This document shows, piece after piece, positions 1-7,882 of a stretch of 26,942 nucleotides of DNA (its first letter is position 1; each line of letters opens with the position of its first letter). The DNA comes from a virus (Duplodnaviria; Heunggongvirae; Uroviricota; Caudoviricetes): the IMG/VR virus record IMGVR_UViG_3300030616_000569, one strand, 5' to 3'. The translations under genes were made by a program, and so were the position numbers. Below the pieces are notes generated by a model. It was not told the DNA's origin. It saw only the letters and a list, made by a program, of their open reading frames with translations, and ran no database searches.

Positions 1-35
1 TTTCAACATCTTGGGTTATTGGAAAAATAGAAGAT

Positions 36-155
36 ATGATGAGTTGCATAAATGACAAGAAATTTATAAAAACTAGGAATGCATTATGTAACAAATGGTG
101 CGGTTACAAATTAGATTGTGATCTAGATGATATTTGTCCTTGGGCTATAATATGA
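36..155 (+). CDS. 39-aa Cys-rich microprotein (MMSCINDKKFIKTRNALCNKWCGYKLDCDLDDICPWAII)
   Basis: Hand-translated and absent from the ORF track; 5 Cys; its stop overlaps the next ATG (ATGA 152-155). Confidence 0.5.
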   Translation: MMSCINDKKFIKTRNALCNKWCGYKLDCDLDDICPWAII

Positions 156-772
156 GATCAAAAAAAGAAGTAAATGTTTGGAGAACTGTGATATACATTA
201 GTGTGACAATATTTATTATAATTTCTTTTATGTATTTTTATAATACAAATACTATTAATCAAGAAGAAACAGAAGAAGATGTGATGTTGCACAATTATTC
301 ATATTTGTTATCAAATAAAGAGTTATACATAACACCAGACAGTGTATCTAATTTTACTATTGATGTACTTAATTGTACAAAAGATTTAAATATATCAGAT
401 TATATAACTATCTTTCGCTACCTTAGAGATAATTTTGATCGTTCCATTTTGGTAGATCAACCCAGACCACCTGTAGAGACAATATCACGAGGTTTAGGTT
501 CAGACCTTGACCTCAGTCTTCTCTACACATCAATGTTATTGTATCTTGATTATGATGCATATCTTTTCATATCGGATGAGCTTATCACAACAATATTCAT
601 TCAGGATGCTATATTATATGTGTTTGATTGGAAATATCATTCACCATTAGAGATTGATAACCCTAGAATATTATTAGATTATGAGTTATATAACAACGTG
701 ATTGTAATGTCTCCATCATACACACGTGTACACAACGGTGATTTTTATCTTTGGGTGAGGAGAAATATATGA
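152..772 (+). CDS. Membrane-anchored transglutaminase-like fold protein, probably catalytically inactive
   Basis: ATG 152 preferred over TTG 134; N-terminal TM helix; PVETISRGLGSDLDLSLLYTSML resembles the family pattern P.ETl...GDCeD.a.Ll.slL but lacks the Cys. Confidence 0.5.
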   Translation: MRSKKEVNVWRTVIYISVTIFIIISFMYFYNTNTINQEETEEDVMLHNYSYLLSNKELYITPDSVSNFTIDVLNCTKDLNISDYITIFRYLRDNFDRSILVDQPRPPVETISRGLGSDLDLSLLYTSMLLYLDYDAYLFISDELITTIFIQDAILYVFDWKYHSPLEIDNPRILLDYELYNNVIVMSPSYTRVHNGDFYLWVRRNI

Positions 773-1569
773 AACTGACCGAGAAATATAGACCAACAAA
801 ATATGATGAACTTATTGGTGATGTTGAAACGATAAAAGGTCTAGAAACATTTGTGAAGAACTCATTTCCTGTGATCTTGTGTGGTGATCCTGGAATTGGG
901 AAAACTACATCTGTTTATGTCATTGCAAATGAGCTTGGGTATTTTGTTTCAGAAAGTAATATGTCAGATGCTAGGACATCTGGTGATTTGCATAAACTAG
1001 GTCAAGAGTTAAAAACAAATAAGTTTGTTCCTACACTATTTTTATTAGATGAGATAGATGGTGTATCTAACCAATCATTATTACTTGATGTAATAAAAGA
1101 TTCGAAACACCCTATTATGATGACTGCCAATGATAAATACAAATTGTCACCATCTTTGAAAAAATATTGTAAATTCTTTGAGTTAAAGAATCCAAATCCT
1201 AGTGAAGTTGTTGCATTAGTGAAGAGGATCGCAAAAAGTGAGAATATAACGAATATCTCTTTTAGATCTATTTCTTCTGATGTCCGTGCCAGTATAAATG
1301 CTGCATTCAGAAATGGATGTTCATATGATGATGATAGTAATGATTTTAATGATACATCATTGGCATTCAAAGAAAATGTTGTTTCATCTGTTGATCCTAT
1401 TTGGTTGCTTGATAATGTCAATAACTTTTATCATGGCATTGATGTATATGATACAATAAAGAAAATATCATACATTGTTGATACGATGGACCCAATATTT
1501 ATCACGACATTTAAGAAGGCAAAATCTGGAACACCTAGTTACCCTAATTTTATACGTCGAAAGTCATGA
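769..1569 (+). CDS. rfcL: Replication factor C large subunit-like AAA+ clamp-loader ATPase (C-terminally shortened)
   Basis: EKYRP box, Walker A GDPGIGKTT, IANELG..E.N.SD.R, Walker B LLDEIDG, PIMMTAND; no SRC arginine finger (LKKYC), as in large subunits; SD GGTGAGG 754-760 and ATGA overlap support ATG 769. Confidence 0.85.
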   Translation: MKLTEKYRPTKYDELIGDVETIKGLETFVKNSFPVILCGDPGIGKTTSVYVIANELGYFVSESNMSDARTSGDLHKLGQELKTNKFVPTLFLLDEIDGVSNQSLLLDVIKDSKHPIMMTANDKYKLSPSLKKYCKFFELKNPNPSEVVALVKRIAKSENITNISFRSISSDVRASINAAFRNGCSYDDDSNDFNDTSLAFKENVVSSVDPIWLLDNVNNFYHGIDVYDTIKKISYIVDTMDPIFITTFKKAKSGTPSYPNFIRRKS

Positions 1570-2894
1570 ATCTTATTGACGAATATATCGATCTAGTGTC
1601 ACCACACCTAGATGCACCAAATGTATTTATAGAAGCATCTGCTTATCATCTTATATCATCACTATTAGGTCGTTTTTGTGCATCTGCATCTGCGCCTGGG
1701 TTACAAGGTCTTAGACCAAATGCTTGGATAATAATATCATCGATTCCAGCACGTGGAAGACGTTCTACGGTTGCTAATTATTGTAACCTGGTGTATGAAC
1801 ATGCGTCAAGACGTCACTATGAGAATATTATGAATATCGGACACGATGAGGCACTTCGTGTCGCACGTGATTGCTATATTGAAGGTGGTACGCAAGAGGG
1901 TATTATTGATCATATATCGTCTACAGATTTAAGGACATATTATATAAATTCAACTGAGTTTGGTGCAGTTTTGCAGAGCATGATCAAAAAAGATCATGAG
2001 CTAGGTGTTTCTGCATTATATTCCAAATTATATTATGGAGAAAGTGGTGTTTATCGATTATCCAAAAAGAGTGCTGAAACAGAAGAAGATTCAGTGAGAT
2101 ATCTCAGAGGTGGAAAGTATGTTTCTATGTTTGCTGGTCTTCAGGAACCACATTTGTATATAACACCAGGGATGCTAAAACAAGGTTTAATCAGAAGGAT
2201 ATTGCTTATATATGCTGATAAAAATGATTTTGGCACATTTCTTCCACCATTAAATGATTCTAGATCTGGTTTGCGTGCAGGTTTAAAAAGTTATGCAAAT
2301 AGACTGTATGATGTAATGTCTAGATATCATGATTACTCTAAAAACAAAGCTGATCCAAATCCATTGTTAAACAAAACATTTGATTTTGATTATAATACAG
2401 ATGTGATAAAATACATAAATGATTATGCAAAAAAATTGGATGATGAGTTGTTAGAGACAATGTCTAATATAAGTTCATATCGTCAAACATTGTGGGAGCA
2501 TCTTGCCAAATATTCGATGTTACACGCAATTGCAAGAGATAATGTTATTAGTGTAGATCTAGGTAATGAAGTTGATGTTCATGGTAGAATTGACATGGAA
2601 GATGTTTTATCAGCAAAGAAGTTTGTCGATGAAGCGACAAAACATAGTGATACTATTATTAGTGAGTTAGGTCGTGTAGAACAACCCTTACGGACTTCTC
2701 ATGATCCTTTAGAACGTGTATTATCCTTAATTAGAAAGGAAAAGGTTATTAGCCGTAGTAAATTATATAGAAAAACTAAAATGCTTTCAAGGTCTTTGGA
2801 CGAGGTTTTAAAGACGTTGATAGAGCAGGAGATGATAGATATTGATAGTAGAGAAACAGATGGTAGACCAAAAATATTTTATGTGTTAAAATGA
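1566..2894 (+). CDS. DUF3987-like P-loop protein (putative replicative helicase module) with C-terminal winged helix
   Basis: N-terminal IDEYI...DAP..F....AYHLISSLLGR, degenerate P-loop IPARGRRST, GTQEGII and TEFGAVL motifs, C-terminal wHTH-like segment (ISRSKLY..LDEVLKTLIEQEMI). Confidence 0.6.
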   Translation: MNLIDEYIDLVSPHLDAPNVFIEASAYHLISSLLGRFCASASAPGLQGLRPNAWIIISSIPARGRRSTVANYCNLVYEHASRRHYENIMNIGHDEALRVARDCYIEGGTQEGIIDHISSTDLRTYYINSTEFGAVLQSMIKKDHELGVSALYSKLYYGESGVYRLSKKSAETEEDSVRYLRGGKYVSMFAGLQEPHLYITPGMLKQGLIRRILLIYADKNDFGTFLPPLNDSRSGLRAGLKSYANRLYDVMSRYHDYSKNKADPNPLLNKTFDFDYNTDVIKYINDYAKKLDDELLETMSNISSYRQTLWEHLAKYSMLHAIARDNVISVDLGNEVDVHGRIDMEDVLSAKKFVDEATKHSDTIISELGRVEQPLRTSHDPLERVLSLIRKEKVISRSKLYRKTKMLSRSLDEVLKTLIEQEMIDIDSRETDGRPKIFYVLK

Positions 2895-2992
2895 GAGAGA
2901 TACGTTGCCCTAAATGTAATTCAAGAAAAGTTGAACAACTTGATAAGCATTACCAATGTTGGAAATGTTCACATTCCTGGGAAAAGAAATAA
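2891..2992 (+). CDS. 33-aa zinc-ribbon microprotein (MREIRCPKCNSRKVEQLDKHYQCWKCSHSWEKK)
   Basis: Hand-translated; CPKC...CWKC pairs; ATGA overlap with the upstream stop. Confidence 0.75.
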   Translation: MREIRCPKCNSRKVEQLDKHYQCWKCSHSWEKK

Positions 2993-3000
2993 GATTCTTA

Positions 3001-3030
3001 AAACGTATATATAAATAAATATATATGTTT
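3001..3030. repeat. AT-rich imperfect inverted repeat
   Basis: aaacgtatatat-aaataa-atatatatgttt; 12-bp arms with one mismatch (G-T pair). Confidence 0.55.
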
Positions 3031-3071
3031 GACTTCAATCAGTTCTGGTTTTAGTCACCTTACTCATGGAC

Positions 3072-3091
3072 GGACATATTTAAATATGTCC
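3072..3091. promoter_or_regulatory. Perfect 20-bp palindrome (candidate operator or origin element)
   Basis: ggacatatttaaatatgtcc equals its own reverse complement; lies mid-way in the longest intergenic gap of the window and is followed by T-tracts. Confidence 0.7.
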
Positions 3092-3156
3092 TATTTTTTT
3101 GAATATTCCATTTTTTTAAATATCCCATTCAAGTGTATGAACTGATTACCAATACG

Positions 3157-3171
3157 TTTATATATTATAAA
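3157..3171 (+). promoter_or_regulatory. Candidate archaeal TATA box(es) for the structural operon
   Basis: tttatata/ttataaa about 60-70 nt upstream of ATG 3231. Confidence 0.45.
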
Positions 3172-3230
3172 CAAAATATTCATTACTAATAAACGACCTC
3201 GTATGCCGATGCTACGAGATTTGGTGCTTT

Positions 3231-3617
3231 ATGGGCGAAGTAATAACGTCAAGATTGTGCCGAGTTTGTAATCAATACCATCGAAAAAACTCTGATATTT
3301 CTGGTGATTATGATGAAGAAGGTAAACTCCTTTCATATTGCCCACAATGTGGCAGTATGCATCCACCAAGACTTTGTGCGATTATTGATTTCAATCTTTC
3401 ACAAAGAAAGAGACATAACCTTGGCACATTGATTGCAAGAACACATGATCTTCCATACAGACAAATGCACAAAATAACATCAGGCATAAAGTTTGTTGAT
3501 GATAATGAATTCCCCAAAGTTTTTTCAAAGCACATCTCGGAGACATTTGATATTTCTTTTAGTAGAGAAGATGTCATAGAATATATTAAGAGGTCTGGGA
3601 ATATAATTAAAAGGTGA
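3231..3617 (+). CDS. Zn-finger-containing protein, possible regulator
   Basis: CRVC...CPQC pairs; soluble; first gene after the intergenic region. Confidence 0.65.
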   Translation: MGEVITSRLCRVCNQYHRKNSDISGDYDEEGKLLSYCPQCGSMHPPRLCAIIDFNLSQRKRHNLGTLIARTHDLPYRQMHKITSGIKFVDDNEFPKVFSKHISETFDISFSREDVIEYIKRSGNIIKR

Positions 3618-3621
3618 AACA

Positions 3622-4398
3622 ATGTTTGAAAACATGACAACCGAAATAATAATTGGTCTCGGTGGACTTGTCCTCGGTCTTATATTATTATTCGGTGCTG
3701 TATTTAGAAAGCAAGCAGGTTTAAAAAATCTGAATCCAATGTGGGCAGGTGTCATCGGTACACTTCTAATTGTGTTCGGTGGTATCGTCGGTTTATTGCC
3801 AATGATCCCTGAAGAAGGTGGAACCGTTGTAAATGTTGATGCTCCTGGTGTTACACTTACACAACCAACATTTTCATTGGATGTAACAAATGGAACAACT
3901 GGTCTTGGTAACACTACAACTGTTCAAGTAAATGAAGATGAAACAATGGCAACTGTTTTACTTGAAACTTGTGGTTCTGGTGGAAATCAACCACTTGCAG
4001 GTACTCATTTTGGTGTTAACTTTACTGTAGCTCCAATTCCTCCAAATGGTGCAACAGCAGATTCTCTAGCAACTGTATATTTCGAAACTGATTATTTGAT
4101 GAAGTTTAATGGTGAATATATACTTGCAGAATCTGATGGAACGTACTATGCAAACTGGTCATATGCAGGTGGAACAAGTGATGAAGCTCTAAAAGACTAT
4201 GCATCACAAATGACAATGCTTATGACTGAAGTTGGATACGCAGAAATTACTTATGAAATGGATAGTGGTTCTGCTGACAGATTCTCTGCTGAGCTAGATA
4301 CAATCGGTGATACTGGTAGCTGGGATATCGTATTCCACAACGAAGACTGGTCTTGGTCTGAAACATTTACTGTGACTTGGATATTAGTCGAACAATAA
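3622..4398 (+). CDS. Membrane protein with two N-terminal TM helices and a beta-rich acidic ectodomain; candidate major envelope/structural protein
   Basis: SD aggtga, two hydrophobic helices, followed by a terminator-like element; paralog of 4653-5174. Confidence 0.7.
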   Translation: MFENMTTEIIIGLGGLVLGLILLFGAVFRKQAGLKNLNPMWAGVIGTLLIVFGGIVGLLPMIPEEGGTVVNVDAPGVTLTQPTFSLDVTNGTTGLGNTTTVQVNEDETMATVLLETCGSGGNQPLAGTHFGVNFTVAPIPPNGATADSLATVYFETDYLMKFNGEYILAESDGTYYANWSYAGGTSDEALKDYASQMTMLMTEVGYAEITYEMDSGSADRFSAELDTIGDTGSWDIVFHNEDWSWSETFTVTWILVEQ

Positions 4399-4407
4399 AC
4401 ATAATAC

Positions 4408-4436
4408 GGGGATTTTCCCCACATTTATTTTTTTTA
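4408..4436 (+). terminator. Short GC hairpin plus T-tract terminator
   Basis: gggg-atttt-cccc then acatttatttttttt directly after stop 4398. Confidence 0.6.
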
Positions 4437-4468
4437 TATAATAAAAATCGTATCGTAATGAGTGAAAC

Positions 4469-4648
4469 ATGTTAAGAAAATATATAACACCAGTGTTGTT
4501 GTTTATAATCGCTTCTATCGGTGTTATACATCAATATATTGTTTCTGGTACAATCTTTAATTTCGATGATCTTCACCATGAAACATTTATAATGGCATTT
4601 ATAATTGCAGGTTTGGTGTTATTCATTGTCAAAAGAAAGTTGTATTAG
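4469..4648 (+). CDS. 59-aa two-TM membrane protein
   Basis: Hand-translated MLRKYITPVLLFIIASIGVIHQY...FIIAGLVLFIVKRKLY; fills the gap; gtga upstream. Confidence 0.7.
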   Translation: MLRKYITPVLLFIIASIGVIHQYIVSGTIFNFDDLHHETFIMAFIIAGLVLFIVKRKLY

Positions 4649-4652
4649 TGTA

Positions 4653-5174
4653 ATGATGCTGTTCGTTTTATTATTACTTTCTGGTTGTCTTCAGCAATCA
4701 ACCGTAAAAAGTGCTGAATTTGATACTCAGGTGAATACTGTACAAAACTCGAATTATGACTCTAATTTGAAACAGATAACAGTTATTGTGCAAACTGATG
4801 AAGATGATAATCTAATAGATTATAGAAATCCAATAATAAATTTTACATTTGTTATTTACCCACCACCAGGATCTTATGAGGATGATTATGCATATCTAAT
4901 TTTTTCAGCCCATGATTATGATCCACGAATATTTCGTGACTCAGATGGTATATATCAATTGATCTGGAAAGACGAAAATAGAGATACATTTCTCATCAGT
5001 GGTGAAAAAAGGTTAAAGATGCTTAATGCACCATATCTTGAGCTTGAGATGAAATTAAATCCATATCAGCTCGCTGAGATTGGTGATTCTTCACTTCAAA
5101 TCACATTTCATAATCTTGATGATTCCTGGAGTGATACATATGATGTGTTGTTTCTAGGAGTTGAAGTTGAATGA
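4653..5174 (+). CDS. Lipoprotein, paralog of the 3622-4398 ectodomain
   Basis: ATG 4653 gives MMLFVLLLLSG-C lipobox; co-linear motif matches to 3622-4398. Confidence 0.75.
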   Translation: MMLFVLLLLSGCLQQSTVKSAEFDTQVNTVQNSNYDSNLKQITVIVQTDEDDNLIDYRNPIINFTFVIYPPPGSYEDDYAYLIFSAHDYDPRIFRDSDGIYQLIWKDENRDTFLISGEKRLKMLNAPYLELEMKLNPYQLAEIGDSSLQITFHNLDDSWSDTYDVLFLGVEVE

Positions 5175-5272
5175 AAATTAATACAAGGGTATTGAAATCA
5201 AAGAAGTTTTTGATATTTTTGATATTGGTGTTTTCATTTATAACAATTATTAGAGTGATATCTCTATTATAA
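5171..5272 (+). CDS. 33-aa single-TM peptide
   Basis: Hand-translated MKINTRVLKSKKFLIFLILVFSFITIIRVISLL; ATGA overlap; fills the gap exactly. Confidence 0.55.
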   Translation: MKINTRVLKSKKFLIFLILVFSFITIIRVISLL

Positions 5273-5281
5273 GGTGACAAA

Positions 5282-7624
5282 ATGGTTAGATCAAAGTTAT
5301 TTAGGTTAAGTGGAAAGAAAAAAGCTATAATTCCTATCGTGATAATATTAATGCTCATAATGGTTGCTTATTTTGTCCCGATCAGTGATTTTTTTTCTGT
5401 TACGCAACAAGAGGTAGAATCATATATAGACTCAAAGAATGATTTATCGCCATACGAATTGGATTTATTGAGTGAAATATTGCTTCCTGGTGGTATCTAT
5501 GAAGATCCTTCAATAATGGATGATGGTTATGTTGATAGTGATTATCCAAATAACAACTACAACGATAATTACTTATGTGGTGATGAATCAAAAGATATGT
5601 ATGTGAAAATTAATTTTGTTGGATTGTATCACTTTATAACAGAGAATGGTTATACATTTGATGAAGTTGTGAATCATATTGATCTTAAATTAAGATCATA
5701 TACTTCAACAACAACAAGATCATTTTATTTTCATAGCTGTTCTGATAGTTGGAACGAGGAGTCATTGACTTGGAATAATCAACCAACTGGAGATTATTAT
5801 CAGGGTTATCAAAGCGTTCAATCAGACGGTAGTTATTATGTTTATCAAATAACTGATATAGTAAAGAATAACTTTGAGAATGGTGATTGGATATGTTCTA
5901 TCCAGATGCTCTATGCTAGTGGTTTATTTGATGTTACATTTTCTTCTAAAGAATATACACATCCACCATTAGTTTATATTGATTCAAAAATGGAAATTAA
6001 TTCAGTTCCTTGGGTATTAACTGGAATACCAGTCAGTGGTGGATTTTCTACATATTTGGGTATAGACAGTGGTTATCGTATAAAAAAGAATACAGCTGTT
6101 CTTGACGTTAATGTTCCACCAGTCATATATGAAGGTGAATCATTTACGGTAGAGGTTGCTACTGGATACTTCACTGATTCAGTTGTTAAAATCGAGTTAT
6201 TAGATCCATCAGATACTGTTGTTGGTACTTATACTGGATCTGTACCTGAAGTTATTGTTTCAAATTGTCCACTACCACAAGGTGATGGAACTGTTCGTGT
6301 AACAGCAAGTCGTGCAGGTGAAAGTCTTGTTGCTACAAAACCAGTTACAGTAGCAGGTCTAGATCTCATTGTTGAACAAGATCCTTATTATGAAGCAGGA
6401 GAAACATTTTGGGTTGATGTGCATTTCAGTGACCCAACTATAAATAGACCAGTTACAATCGAGTTTTATCAAGGATCATTACTTGTAGCATCGTATGCTG
6501 GTACAATGCCAAGTGTACAAATATTGAACCCAATAATGACTGGTACTGTTGATATGGTTGTTACGACCACATATAGTGGTATTACATATGAAAAAACATT
6601 AACGATATCGTTTGATGAGATACAACTTGTTGTTGTGCATCCTGGGACATTCCAATATGGTCTTACAACACAGATACAAGTGTCTATATCAAATCATCCA
6701 GAGGTTTCAAATCCTGTACAAGTGACATTTTCGAAAGGCACTTCAATACTTGAGCAGTACAATGGTAATATGCCATTGATACAAATTGACTCTCCAAAAG
6801 TTCTTGGTGTTGCACAAATGAAAGTTGCTACATCATATATGGGAACGTCATATGTTCGTGTGTTTGATGTGTTTTTTGAAGGATATCCTATTGTTACAAC
6901 AGCACGTGCAAACTCATATGTCCAATATGAACACGAACCAGTTATATTCTTTGTAGATGTTCGTGATATTAATGGTGAATATCTTACACCCAAATATATT
7001 GCTGATATTATTCCGATATGCACATTATCTGGTGGCGAAGTGACAGAATCGTCATATGAGCATTTGGGTGATGGTACTTACAAGATAAGTTCTACAGTAG
7101 TTGGTGTTGGTAACTTTATTGGAAAACTGGCATTTAAGTATCTTGGAACAGCATTCGAGTCAGAGTTAATATCTATTAATATTGAAGAAAACGCACTTGC
7201 AATTTCTACAGCAGGAATTCCTTCATCGGCAATACGTTATGAATATTTCACTGGTGAAGTAGAGATATTTGATCCTAAAGGTGTTAAGATAGATCCTGAT
7301 AACCTTGAGATTGATGTGCATCTTCCAGATGGATCTACTATTGATTATATACCAATGAGTCAAATGAATAGAATGTCAGCTGGAAAATATTCATTCTCAT
7401 ATAGACCAACACAGCTTGAGAGATATACATTTGAGGTCACTGCAACAAAGACTGATGTCACAACAGCAACATCTAAAGCAACTGTGAATGTTTATGATGA
7501 TTCTGATATAGAACCAGATGATGATATTGTATCAATGATACTTGGTGTTATAATTAAATACATTTGGGTGTTTGTTATCATATTCATTGGTGTTATTATA
7601 CTGATATGGAAGTTTTTGAGGTGA
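5282..7624 (+). CDS. Large adhesin/spike-like protein: N-TM, DNRLRE/CBM96-like domain, Ig-like stalk repeats, C-terminal TM
   Basis: D.YV.SDYPNNNY...DSWNEESLTWNNQP motif; three tandem ~87-aa repeats (6104-6883); hydrophobic C-terminus ending WKFLR. Confidence 0.7.
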   Translation: MVRSKLFRLSGKKKAIIPIVIILMLIMVAYFVPISDFFSVTQQEVESYIDSKNDLSPYELDLLSEILLPGGIYEDPSIMDDGYVDSDYPNNNYNDNYLCGDESKDMYVKINFVGLYHFITENGYTFDEVVNHIDLKLRSYTSTTTRSFYFHSCSDSWNEESLTWNNQPTGDYYQGYQSVQSDGSYYVYQITDIVKNNFENGDWICSIQMLYASGLFDVTFSSKEYTHPPLVYIDSKMEINSVPWVLTGIPVSGGFSTYLGIDSGYRIKKNTAVLDVNVPPVIYEGESFTVEVATGYFTDSVVKIELLDPSDTVVGTYTGSVPEVIVSNCPLPQGDGTVRVTASRAGESLVATKPVTVAGLDLIVEQDPYYEAGETFWVDVHFSDPTINRPVTIEFYQGSLLVASYAGTMPSVQILNPIMTGTVDMVVTTTYSGITYEKTLTISFDEIQLVVVHPGTFQYGLTTQIQVSISNHPEVSNPVQVTFSKGTSILEQYNGNMPLIQIDSPKVLGVAQMKVATSYMGTSYVRVFDVFFEGYPIVTTARANSYVQYEHEPVIFFVDVRDINGEYLTPKYIADIIPICTLSGGEVTESSYEHLGDGTYKISSTVVGVGNFIGKLAFKYLGTAFESELISINIEENALAISTAGIPSSAIRYEYFTGEVEIFDPKGVKIDPDNLEIDVHLPDGSTIDYIPMSQMNRMSAGKYSFSYRPTQLERYTFEVTATKTDVTTATSKATVNVYDDSDIEPDDDIVSMILGVIIKYIWVFVIIFIGVIILIWKFLR

Positions 7625-7628
7625 TAAG

Positions 7629-7880
7629 ATGAAATTGACAATGTTAGGATTGAAAACAATAGCATATTCAGTTATCTTTGCAATTTCTTTTCTTTTCTAC
7701 TTCCTATTATTATTTCTAATAAAAGAAGAATTCTTCTATGCAGCGATTTTCGTAATATCAGTGTTATATGGTATCTCGTTCGTGTTCGCCAAAAAAATAC
7801 TTTCTAGCGGAAGGATAATCTCTATAGTATCGTTCATATTAGCTGTATTGTTAAATTTGAGACTAATGGGTGTGCTTTAA
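7629..7880 (+). CDS. 83-aa three-TM membrane protein
   Basis: ORF track, hydrophobic segments, SD gaggtga. Confidence 0.75.
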   Translation: MKLTMLGLKTIAYSVIFAISFLFYFLLLFLIKEEFFYAAIFVISVLYGISFVFAKKILSSGRIISIVSFILAVLLNLRLMGVL

Positions 7881-7882
7881 AC

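Noticed and set aside
5282-5360. KKKA-IIPIVII as a class III pilin signal on the 780-aa protein
   Set aside because: Weak match; equally explained by an ordinary signal anchor, and the protein is not pilin-like.
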